Shown: positions 1-7,567, counted from the first letter of the stretch. The stretch is 25,864 nucleotides of DNA from an uncultured Clostridia bacterium (GCA_937880545.1 CALFKA010000304.1:1-25864); one strand, 5' to 3'. Program-made: numbers and translations. The notes: generated by a model not told the origin, from the letters alone.

Positions 1-87
1 TTAGCGCGCGCTCTACCTGAGATTTGGCAAGGCATTGTGACATCGCAATTGACTCACAGGAAGTCTCAAAGCTCCTGAGTCCAGTAG

Positions 88-1572
88 CTACATGGAGCCT
101 TCTTTCAGAAAAGCAGTATGCCAGGAAAGTGCTTCTTCCAGTAGATGCGGTTCGTGTCCACCGGTTAATTTCTGCGCCCGGTAAAGATAGTCGTAAAGCC
201 TCGACCGGAAGCTCGGGTGTGCGCAGTTTTCAATGATTGCTTCTGCCCTCATAACTGGAGAGAGACCTCGAAGGTCCGCCACCCCTTGCTCTGTGACAAA
301 GATATGTACATCGTGCTCTGAGTGATCAACATGCGACACCATCGGCACCACTGAGGACACCTTTCCTCCCACCGCGACGGAAGGAGCACTGAAGATGGAC
401 AGAGAAGCATTTCTGGCAAAGTCGCCGGATCCTCCGACACCGTTCATCAAGCGCGAACCGAAAAGGTGGGTGGAGTTCACATGGCCATAGATATCAATTT
501 CCAGCGCAGTGTTCATCGCGATGACCCCCAGCCGTCGAATAATCTCCGGATGGTTGGAAATCTCCATGGGACGCAGAACACAGCAAGAACGCAGCTCGTC
601 CAGATGTTCCAGAAGCCACTTCCGTTTGCTGCTTGAAGGCGTAAAGGAGGTGCCGGAGCTGAAGATGACCTTCCCCGACTCGATCAGTTCAAAAACCGAA
701 TCCTGAATGACTTCAGAATAGATGCTGACATCGGTAAAGTCCGACTCCGCCAGTCCAGAAAGCACGGCGTTGGCAACGGAGCCGACACCGGATTGTAGGG
801 GGAGCAGCTTCGCACTCAGTCTCCCAAGCGCGACCTCCCTTTCAAGAAAACGGATCAGGTGCCGGCTGATGCCTTGTGACACTTCGTCGACGACGGCGAG
901 ATCGCGCGGTGCATCTTCTATTTCCGTCTCCACCACCGCAATAATCTTCTCCGGATCACACGCCATATAAGGGACACCGATGCGCTCATGCACTTGGAAG
1001 ATGGGGATATCACTTGTGTTAGGCGGTCTCTTTGGCATGTAGATATCGTGTATCCCATATAGACCATCAGGCTGGGAGTGGTTGATCTCCACGATCACCT
1101 TTTTGGCGACTTTCAGCGCTGTCGGAGAGATTCCCACAGATGTGGTTGGGATGATACTCCCGTCTTCGAGGATCGCCAGCGCCTCTACGATCGCAAGATC
1201 CATCTCCCCGTAAAACCCCTGTTCCACCTGTTGGGGCAAATGAGAAAGATGTATATCACTGAAGTCGACCGTTCCATTATTGATAGCCTTTCGCATGTCC
1301 GGATTTGTTTGGTAAGGAATTCTCTTAGCGACAACTCCCGCCCGACTCAGGGCTCCATCCAGCTCATCCCCCACCGAGGCGCCTGTTAACAGGTTGATTC
1401 TCAACTTGTCACCCGCTTCAACGCGCTTGGCAAGAGCCATAGGAACAGCCTTGGGATACCCGCTTGGGGTAAATCCACTGGTGATAATGTTCATCCCGTC
1501 TTTTACCAGAAGAGCAGCATCTTCTGCGGACATGACCCTGGCAGCTGCGAGGGGGTTTCTTATGCGTCGCAT
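88..1572 (-). CDS. Family I acetyl-CoA hydrolase/CoA-transferase (succinate CoA-transferase-like; AarC/ScpC/Cat1 group), 494 aa
   Basis: Motifs SGFTPSGYPKAVP, TGASVG, LPLQSGVG, YSEVIQD (catalytic Glu region), NTALEIDIYGHVNS, GVGGSGDF. Start moved from 1584 to the ATG at 1572, which has GGAG upstream. Substrate cannot be read from sequence. Confidence 0.9.
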   Translation of the reverse strand: MRRIRNPLAAARVMSAEDAALLVKDGMNIITSGFTPSGYPKAVPMALAKRVEAGDKLRINLLTGASVGDELDGALSRAGVVAKRIPYQTNPDMRKAINNGTVDFSDIHLSHLPQQVEQGFYGEMDLAIVEALAILEDGSIIPTTSVGISPTALKVAKKVIVEINHSQPDGLYGIHDIYMPKRPPNTSDIPIFQVHERIGVPYMACDPEKIIAVVETEIEDAPRDLAVVDEVSQGISRHLIRFLEREVALGRLSAKLLPLQSGVGSVANAVLSGLAESDFTDVSIYSEVIQDSVFELIESGKVIFSSGTSFTPSSSKRKWLLEHLDELRSCCVLRPMEISNHPEIIRRLGVIAMNTALEIDIYGHVNSTHLFGSRLMNGVGGSGDFARNASLSIFSAPSVAVGGKVSSVVPMVSHVDHSEHDVHIFVTEQGVADLRGLSPVMRAEAIIENCAHPSFRSRLYDYLYRAQKLTGGHEPHLLEEALSWHTAFLKEGSM

Positions 1573-1634
1573 GTTCTTCTCCATAAATAAAAATTTTGGT
1601 GCGTAATTACATTACCCGAATTTCATTCACATTT

Positions 1635-1700
1635 CTATGGTTTTGCAGAAACGTTTTCATGCTTTCGATGAGGACAATATAAGTAGACGAGGAAATGCAT
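1635..1700 (-). CDS. Possible 21-aa upstream mini-ORF (MHFLVYLYCPHRKHENVSAKP)
   Basis: AAGGAGGTG Shine-Dalgarno (within 1709-1719), 8-nt spacer, ATG at 1700, TAG at 1637-1635. No recognisable homology. Confidence 0.25.
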   Translation of the reverse strand: MHFLVYLYCPHRKHENVSAKP

Positions 1701-1706
1701 TTTCCA
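1646..1706. promoter_or_regulatory. Two imperfect palindromes resembling cre/CcpA-type operators
   Basis: CAGAAACGTTTTCA (1646-1659) and GGAAATGCATTTTCCA (1691-1706), upstream of the CoA-transferase start; partial match to TGWAANCGNTNWCA. Confidence 0.3.
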
Positions 1707-2020
1707 AACACCTCCTTTTCCGGTCGATAAAAGGGCCGGTTGTTGGGGTTGTCTCCCGTATTTCGCCCGCTTATTGTTTCGTCACCCCTACATTCCGCGA
1801 TTTTTCTTTCATTGCTTGCGTACTTTCGACAAACTGTCAAAATGATTATTCCTTTCTCTCACTTGCCTGAGTCCTTGAAATATCCTTCTCGGCATGAAAA
1901 TAAGTAGCTCTCATCATTGCCGTTATGTGCATTTGTTAGTTATTAGGTACGCTTTTTGCTTATAACAGGGTGTACGAAAATTTGACGATTCGAATCCGCG
2001 GCAATTGTATGGCAATTATT

Positions 2021-2270
2021 GGAGGGATGGGGCCCAAATATGATTGCCAGCCGCCTCATCGCCGGCAGCCGGATAATTATACCGGCGCCTGCTGTCGGAA
2101 TCGCCCACCTGGTTCTCAAGATACTGAGAGACTCTTAGGGAATCAGGTCAGGGCATCCTTCCGTTCACTGTACAGCCTCAGTCGGGTCCTGTGGGAATGA
2201 TCCGACTGAGTGCTATACAGGAGACGTAACTCCGATCCGGTTTCACGGCACGGGCGCACGTACTGCCGGC
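2021..2270 (+). ncRNA. Candidate structured non-coding RNA of unrecognised family
   Basis: Manual fold gives several long stems (2107-2117/2138-2148, 2168-2220, 2061-2068/2263-2270, 2021-2029/2154-2162). Most non-Watson-Crick positions are G-U on the + strand. A terminator follows. No known family motif recognised. Confidence 0.4.
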
Positions 2271-2324
2271 AAAAGAAAAAATCGACTGAGAGTATCCTTA
2301 AGGGGTCTCAGTCGTTTTGTTTCT
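2271..2324. terminator. Bidirectional intrinsic terminator downstream of the decarboxylase beta gene
   Basis: Perfect 9-bp arms CGACTGAGA (2283-2291) / TCTCAGTCG (2306-2314), flanked by AAAAGAAAAAA on the left and TTTTGTTTCT on the right. Confidence 0.85.
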
Positions 2325-2363
2325 ATCATTCACCGGCTGTGTTCAGCTATCCCTTCCACCCAA

Positions 2364-3569
2364 TCAAAGCCCTAGGAAAAAGGCAATGTAGAGACCCGTG
2401 ATGATGGCTGTCGTGATGACACCACTGACATTGGCTCCAATGGCATAGGGCAGGACGACCGCTCTGGGATTGACTCTTCCGACCTCGAGCTGAGCTACTT
2501 TTGCGGTGGTGGGTACACAGGAGACACCGGCGATCCCGACAACGGGATTAAACTTGCCACCACTGATGTAGTAAGCGAGATAGCCGCCGAGGATGCCCCC
2601 GATACCCGAAATGAGAAGCGCCAGCATACCAAGGACCAATAGTTTTACGATGGCAGGATTTAAGATAACCGACGCCTCACAGAGCACGCCGAGGAGAAGT
2701 CCCAGGAGGAACGTAGCAAAGTAGAGCACCGTGTTCTCCAGCATGTCGGCATATTTCTCCACATCCGCCTCGCGGATGGCCACGCCCAGGAAGAAACTAA
2801 GAAACAGCGGAGCAGCCATCGGAAACAGAAGACTTAGCAGAATACAGGCGATGATCGAGAAAGCCAGCTTTTCTACCCGAGTGACGGAAGCCACCCTGTT
2901 ACTGATCTTCGGTTTCACCTGCCGCAGCGTCTTAGGGATCATTAGGCGGATCAGGAAGGGGTACCCCCCATAAGTAAGGCTCAAATACAGATAGGCGACG
3001 ATCGTAATCGGTACAAACAACTCTCTGGCAAGTGTGAGAGAGGCAAAGAGAACCATCGGACCGTCTGCGCCACCGATCAATGCAGTAGCGGCTGCTTCGG
3101 AAGGGGTTAAGCCCAGCATCATGGCTACCGGTAAAATCAGAAGGGTTCCCAGCTCTGCACAAAATGCGATCAGCATGCTCGTAAACGGGTAAGCCAGAAC
3201 ATAGCTTACATCGGTCATCACACCGATACCGAGAAACACTAGACACGCCACCAGTCCATTACTAAAGGTAAAGGTATAGATCGGTTGCAGAAAGTCAATC
3301 TGCAAAATCTCCATCAGTTCGACCGTCTCAGTCGCCATCGGTTCAATAAAGATGGTTCCAATCTTAGTAGCGGACAGGTAGAGTACGGCAGAGTTGACAG
3401 CCGCCATACCAAAGCCCATGGGGATCATAATGAGGGGCTCAAGCACGCGCCTGGCTCCCAGATAAAATAAAACAATACCAAAAAGAATCAGAACAATACG
3501 CGCAATCGCTATCGCCGGCTGCACAGAAAAAAGAGTTGAGATGCCCTGAAAGAGCCTTGTTATATCCAC
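2364..3569 (-). CDS. Na+-translocating decarboxylase beta subunit (carboxybiotin decarboxylase, OadB/GcdB/MmdB/MadB family; MadB-like by recollection), 401 aa
   Basis: Polytopic membrane protein with LEPLIMIPMGFG, IGGADGP, FNPVVGIAGVSCVPT and GANVSGVI motifs. Start reassigned to the GTG at 3569 with AAGGAG upstream; the ORF-track start at 3710 overlaps another gene. Confidence 0.92.
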   Translation of the reverse strand: MDITRLFQGISTLFSVQPAIAIARIVLILFGIVLFYLGARRVLEPLIMIPMGFGMAAVNSAVLYLSATKIGTIFIEPMATETVELMEILQIDFLQPIYTFTFSNGLVACLVFLGIGVMTDVSYVLAYPFTSMLIAFCAELGTLLILPVAMMLGLTPSEAAATALIGGADGPMVLFASLTLARELFVPITIVAYLYLSLTYGGYPFLIRLMIPKTLRQVKPKISNRVASVTRVEKLAFSIIACILLSLLFPMAAPLFLSFFLGVAIREADVEKYADMLENTVLYFATFLLGLLLGVLCEASVILNPAIVKLLVLGMLALLISGIGGILGGYLAYYISGGKFNPVVGIAGVSCVPTTAKVAQLEVGRVNPRAVVLPYAIGANVSGVITTAIITGLYIAFFLGL

Positions 3570-3571
3570 AG

Positions 3572-3724
3572 TTACTCCTTTTTCACACCAGAAGTGGCGC
3601 TTCCTTTTCGAAGCGTCTTCTGCAAAACAGCGCGCAGTAGCGAGATCAGCACCGCCGTCAACACGGAAAAGACAAATGCCAGTGCCGCTATCTGAAGTGT
3701 CACCAACCAAATATTATTTATCAT
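3572..3724 (-). CDS. 50-aa single-pass membrane protein, probable accessory decarboxylase subunit (not in ORF track)
   Basis: ATG 3724 to TAA 3574-3572: MINNIWLVTLQIAALAFVFSVLTAVLISLLRAVLQKTLRKGSATSGVKKE. It fills the gap with 4 nt after the biotin-carrier stop and 2 nt before the beta GTG; its 3' end supplies the beta SD. Confidence 0.75.
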   Translation of the reverse strand: MINNIWLVTLQIAALAFVFSVLTAVLISLLRAVLQKTLRKGSATSGVKKE

Positions 3725-3728
3725 CTCA

Positions 3729-4124
3729 TCACCCAATAACGGCGATCACCTCGTCCGTGTCCACCAGCTGACCGGTCTTCACGAATAGTTGAGTAATCGT
3801 CCCACTTCTGTCAGCAAAGATGGTATTCTCCATCTTCATGGCTTCCAGGATCGCCACCGGTTCATCTTGGGCAACCTGAGTACCGACTTCCACGTGAATT
3901 TTTATGATCCTTCCGGACATGGGAGCCGTCACTTCCAGAGGCTCGTCTGATCCTTCAGTCACAATGGGTGCAGGGGCTACTGCCGGAATCTCGGGTACGA
4001 TGGGCGCAGGCGCCGCTGCCGGTATGGGTCGTGGTGCAGCCTTGGGCGCCTCCTGGGCCACTTCGATTTCTTCGACGTCGACCTCGTACACTTCCCCCTT
4101 GTATGTGATGCGCAGTCTTCTCAT
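3729..4124 (-). CDS. Biotin carboxyl carrier subunit of a Na+-pumping decarboxylase (MmdC/GcdC-like), 131 aa
   Basis: N-terminal RITYKGEVYEVDVEEI, Ala/Pro-rich linker, APMSGRI, and biotinylation motif EAMKM. Confidence 0.93.
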   Translation of the reverse strand: MRRLRITYKGEVYEVDVEEIEVAQEAPKAAPRPIPAAAPAPIVPEIPAVAPAPIVTEGSDEPLEVTAPMSGRIIKIHVEVGTQVAQDEPVAILEAMKMENTIFADRSGTITQLFVKTGQLVDTDEVIAVIG

Positions 4125-4396
4125 TCATCGGCTCCTTTCACGGTAATTTTTTTATTTGCTAAGTCATCAGTAACATAGGCGCTGACCGCTCCCAGTAGGA
4201 CAGGGATGGGAAGCCCTTCTTCTCCTGCCTCCACCCCAGCAAAGACGAGCTCCGGGGATCTTTTCGCTGCGCCCGGCTTCACAGTTTCTTCATCGTCTAG
4301 CAATTCGTGGCGCACATTTCTCACGAGCACCACAGCGCTGACAACAACAGCTACGGCAAGTGCCACAAGCCACGGGGTGGGCAACAATAGATTCAT
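4121..4396 (-). CDS. OadG/MmdD/GcdD-like delta (membrane anchor) subunit, 91 aa
   Basis: GGAGG 4 nt before the ATG at 4396; N-terminal hydrophobic helix, charged linker, second apolar helix PVLLGAVSAY; ATGA overlap with the biotin carrier. Confidence 0.7.
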   Translation of the reverse strand: MNLLLPTPWLVALAVAVVVSAVVLVRNVRHELLDDEETVKPGAAKRSPELVFAGVEAGEEGLPIPVLLGAVSAYVTDDLANKKITVKGADE

Positions 4397-4430
4397 AATA
4401 CCTCCAGCCAACGATATATTTCTTCTCTGG

Positions 4431-4804
4431 TGAAACAGTTGCATTCTAACGGGGGCAATAGATATACTACACGAAAAAGTCTTCCTTCTGCTGCGGAGTT
4501 ACTCCTCTTTGCAACAGCTTTCAGGCTACTTAACGATATCACGATTCCACCGCTTCATCAACCACAACGCCCACCCCTGAAGAAAGAAATAATCGCAGAA
4601 AAGGATCCGTTTTTCGTGAGCATATCAGAGCAAAAACCAACTGATACACCGGATTATTTAAGACTCCGCCTCAGGTATTAAAGGATCAAACAAATACCGA
4701 AACCGCGGAAGGAATGGAAGCTAGAAGAAGAAAATATAGTGAGTACGACCCTCAGATGAAAAGCCACTATATAAGTGTGTATTATCATGTTCTCAACAGT
4801 TTCA
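4431..4804. promoter_or_regulatory. Repeated operator-like motif CAAC(A/T)G(C)TTTCA in the decarboxylase upstream region
   Basis: Copies at 4431-4441 (-), 4512-4523 (+) and 4794-4804 (+). 4510-4523 reads TGAAAGCTGTTGCA on the - strand, 12/14 to the cre consensus. Confidence 0.3.
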
Positions 4805-4914
4805 ACTACTGGACGCCTAAGAAAGTGTAGCAGATCCAGCTTTGCAGATCATTCGTTGACGGCTAAGAAGAAGAATCACTCTCCAAAATGGTCTGTCATC
4901 CCAGAAGACAACAA

Positions 4915-4945
4915 ACGCCACGCCCCTACCGAAGGGGAATGGCGT
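4915..4945 (-). terminator. Probable intrinsic terminator after the AEC transporter gene
   Basis: ACGCCA/TGGCGT outer stem and CCCCT/AGGGG inner stem; on the - strand followed by TTGTTGTCTTCT; about 50 nt past the stop. Confidence 0.65.
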
Positions 4946-4997
4946 CTTCTTTTCTCTTCACCTGATGCTATTGTCATACCGAAGAGGCGTGATCCAA

Positions 4998-5918
4998 TCA
5001 GCCTCCCAGGGCGATGAACTCTATTAGAAGAGGGATGGTGACCAGCGCGAGGAGAGTGGAGATCAGGACGAGCTTCGTGGCCGTCTTATAGTCTTTTCCA
5101 TACACCTGAGCAAGTATCACCGTATTGGCTGCCAGAGGCATGCCGAAAAGCACGACCGGCACGTACAATATCAGTCCCGAGAACCCCAGAGATTTTAGAA
5201 TGAAGAACAGAGCCAGCGGAAAAAGGACACTGCGGTAGATAGCCAGGACAAACGGTTTGATCGATGTCACAAGCTCTTTCAGATGGATCTCTGCCATCAT
5301 AATCCCGATGACAAACATCGTCAGCGGGGTGGCGGTTCCGCCCAACGCGGCAAACATGCGCTCCATCACAGAAGGCAGAGGCACCGAAAAGAAAAAGAGC
5401 GTAAAACCGACCACCAGCGCTATGGTGCTGGGATTGATCATCGCCTTCCAGTTGACGTGCGTTGCTTCATCACGGGTATAGACGTACACACCGTATGTCC
5501 AGTTGACGACGAGAAAGAAGAAGTGGATGATGGTGCCGTAAAAGACCGCCTCCTGCCCATAGGTGACAGACAAGATCGGCAGCCCTAGAAAGCCGGTATT
5601 GGAGAGCACCATCCCAAAATGATAACTCGCCCTTTCTTCATCGGGGAGTCGCCACCACTTGGCACTCAGTTCTGACAAAATGATGGAGACAGCAAATACC
5701 ACCCCTCCAATGACCAGCATGGTGATGGCATTTTGAAGCAGACGAGTTTCAAAGGTAAAGCGCAGGTTTGTCAGGATCATCATCGGCAGTGCGATATTGA
5801 TCGTATACAGGCTCAGAACCGCTCTTGCATCCTCTCCCAAGAGTTTTAATTTCCTTGCAGAAAAGCCCACCATGATGATCAGAAACAAGTAGAGAATATT
5901 TTCAAAGTTATTGTTCAT
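4998..5918 (-). CDS. AEC (auxin efflux carrier) family transporter, 306 aa
   Basis: About 10 hydrophobic segments; NIALPMMI, SNTGFLGLPI, LGGTATPLTMFVIG and MPLAANTVILA motifs typical of the family. Confidence 0.88.
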   Translation of the reverse strand: MNNNFENILYLFLIIMVGFSARKLKLLGEDARAVLSLYTINIALPMMILTNLRFTFETRLLQNAITMLVIGGVVFAVSIILSELSAKWWRLPDEERASYHFGMVLSNTGFLGLPILSVTYGQEAVFYGTIIHFFFLVVNWTYGVYVYTRDEATHVNWKAMINPSTIALVVGFTLFFFSVPLPSVMERMFAALGGTATPLTMFVIGIMMAEIHLKELVTSIKPFVLAIYRSVLFPLALFFILKSLGFSGLILYVPVVLFGMPLAANTVILAQVYGKDYKTATKLVLISTLLALVTIPLLIEFIALGG

Positions 5919-7567
5919 TCGTTATCCATTAAAGAGCGCATGGCTTTGGATAGATCATGATAGTTTTGTTCGACATCCGAGGGACCGCTCCCCTTGGCTC
6001 CAAGATAAATCTTTAGTTTCGGCTCGGTGCCACTTGGTCGGATGGCCACCCACTGATCCCCCTTAAAGTTCCATTTGATGACGTCTTCTTTGGGAAGTGG
6101 TGTGTCTCCCAGGTAGTCGATCAGCTCTGTGCGCCTGCCACTGGAAACTCTTTCCAGAGGTTTCTCGCGGAAGTTGTGCATAATAGAGCGGATCCTGTTG
6201 GCTCCTTCTTCCCCCTCAAGCGTCAGTACGATCTGCCCTTCTTTATAGTAGCCGTATTTCTCCGCCAGCTCATCCTGCTTGTCCAGAAGCGACTTGCCCT
6301 GTGAAAGAGCGGCCAATGCCATCTCAATGATCAGCGCGGCAGAATTGATAGCATCCTTATCTCTTGCGTGAAGCCCATTTAAATAGCCATAGCTCTCTTC
6401 AAAGCCCAGTACGAACTCGCCATCAGAAAGCGTATCCATCGCCTCTCCGATGTATTTAAAGCCTGTCAGCGTGCGAAGGACTCTCCCTCGGTACTTTGCG
6501 GCAATGGCATCGGTGAGCGATGTCGAGACCACGGACGTGATGACGACCCCTCCCCTCTCTTTTCTCTGAGAGAAGAGATATTCAGTCATCAGTGCCCCCA
6601 TCTGATTGCCATCGATCATCTCAAATCCGTCTTCTCCACGCACCATCGCTCCGATTCGGTCGACATCGGGGTCTGTGGCGAGAATCAGGTCAGCCCCCTT
6701 TTCTTCGGCGAGAAGAATCGCCTTCTCAAAGACTTCCGGGTTCTCCGGATTGGGGGCCTTTGCTTCCGGAAAAGAAGCGTCCGGCATCATCTGTGACTCG
6801 ACGGGATAGAGTTTCGTCAAGCCAAAGCTCTGAGCAAACGAGTTCATCGCTCGCCAACCGACGCCGTGGAGAGGTGTATAGACAACGCGAAGCTGAGAGG
6901 CCATGTCTCGGCAGCGGGGGTTTCTCACCGCCGTCAGGATGACGCCATCATAGGCATCGAGGACCTTCTCCCCGATCATCTCGAGGAGGCCTTCCTCCAT
7001 CAGTTCCGACCGATCCCGAAACGGGATATCCACTTTATCTTTATTTTCTTCAAACAGCGAGAGAATAGCTCCCGCTTCTTCCTGCAAAAGCTGCCTGCCG
7101 CTGTGATGATACACTTTGTAGCCGTTGTACTCGGGAGGGTTGTGACTGGCGGTGATGACGATGCCGCCCGTCGCCTTCAAGTAGCGCACGGCAAAAGACA
7201 ATTCCGGCGTCGAGGAATACTGATCAAACAAGTACGTCTTCACCCCATTTGATGCGAGTGTCTTGGCGGCAGTCTCGGCAAACTCTGGGGAGCTGTCTCT
7301 TGAGTCATAGGCGATGACAGCGCTGGCTTCCTCTGCCTGCTCCTTTAAGTACAGGGCATAGGCATAGCTGATACTTCTCACGAGATACTTATTCATCCGG
7401 TTGGGCCCGGGACCGAGTTTTCCTCTGAGGCCTGCCGTACCGAACCGAAGCTCCGTGTAAAAACTGTCACGTCGTTCTTCTTCACTCAGCGCACGGAGCT
7501 GTGCCTTATAGTCTTCATCATATCGGGGATCCTGAAGCTGAGCTTCAACCAACGCATTAATGTCCAT
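5915..7567 (-). CDS. pgm: Phosphoglucomutase/phosphomannomutase, 550 aa
   Basis: FGTAGLRG, phospho-Ser motif TASHNP, metal loop DPDVDR, GFEESYG, RPSGTEPKLK. Confidence 0.95.
   Translation of the reverse strand: MDINALVEAQLQDPRYDEDYKAQLRALSEEERRDSFYTELRFGTAGLRGKLGPGPNRMNKYLVRSISYAYALYLKEQAEEASAVIAYDSRDSSPEFAETAAKTLASNGVKTYLFDQYSSTPELSFAVRYLKATGGIVITASHNPPEYNGYKVYHHSGRQLLQEEAGAILSLFEENKDKVDIPFRDRSELMEEGLLEMIGEKVLDAYDGVILTAVRNPRCRDMASQLRVVYTPLHGVGWRAMNSFAQSFGLTKLYPVESQMMPDASFPEAKAPNPENPEVFEKAILLAEEKGADLILATDPDVDRIGAMVRGEDGFEMIDGNQMGALMTEYLFSQRKERGGVVITSVVSTSLTDAIAAKYRGRVLRTLTGFKYIGEAMDTLSDGEFVLGFEESYGYLNGLHARDKDAINSAALIIEMALAALSQGKSLLDKQDELAEKYGYYKEGQIVLTLEGEEGANRIRSIMHNFREKPLERVSSGRRTELIDYLGDTPLPKEDVIKWNFKGDQWVAIRPSGTEPKLKIYLGAKGSGPSDVEQNYHDLSKAMRSLMDNE

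Noticed and set aside
51-81. Hairpin GACTCA/TGAGTC just past the CoA-transferase stop
   Set aside because: Bulged stem with no U-tract on the - strand; too weak to call a terminator.
1607-1870. Overlapping 77-aa ORFs on both strands
   Set aside because: No SD at their starts, AT-rich intergenic-like composition, no homology recognised.
1985-1997. TTCGAATCC, resembling a tRNA T-loop
   Set aside because: No T-stem pairing and no cloverleaf around it.
2021-2170. Partial resemblance to SAM-I (GGAGGGA..GGCCC), TPP (CCGGATAAT..ACCGGCG), cobalamin (AGGGAA..ACTGT) and SRP (CAGGTCAGG) motifs
   Set aside because: In each case the other invariant elements are absent or out of order, and no gene lies downstream on the + strand.
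2232-2262. Group II intron-like strings (GTGCGCCCG on -, CGCACGTAC on +) near a terminator
   Set aside because: Both are the same bases read on opposite strands; no domain V/VI, no reverse transcriptase and no IIC-like continuation.
3570-3710. 47-residue N-terminal extension of the beta subunit in the ORF track
   Set aside because: It is polar and atypical, and overlaps a better 50-aa gene in another frame; a GTG with SD lies at 3569.
3940-4070. Ala/Pro-rich quasi-repeat in the biotin carrier gene
   Set aside because: Normal flexible linker of biotin carrier subunits.
4430-5017. + strand ORFs of 83 and 80 aa in the decarboxylase upstream region
   Set aside because: No SD, no motifs, and one runs through a terminator hairpin.
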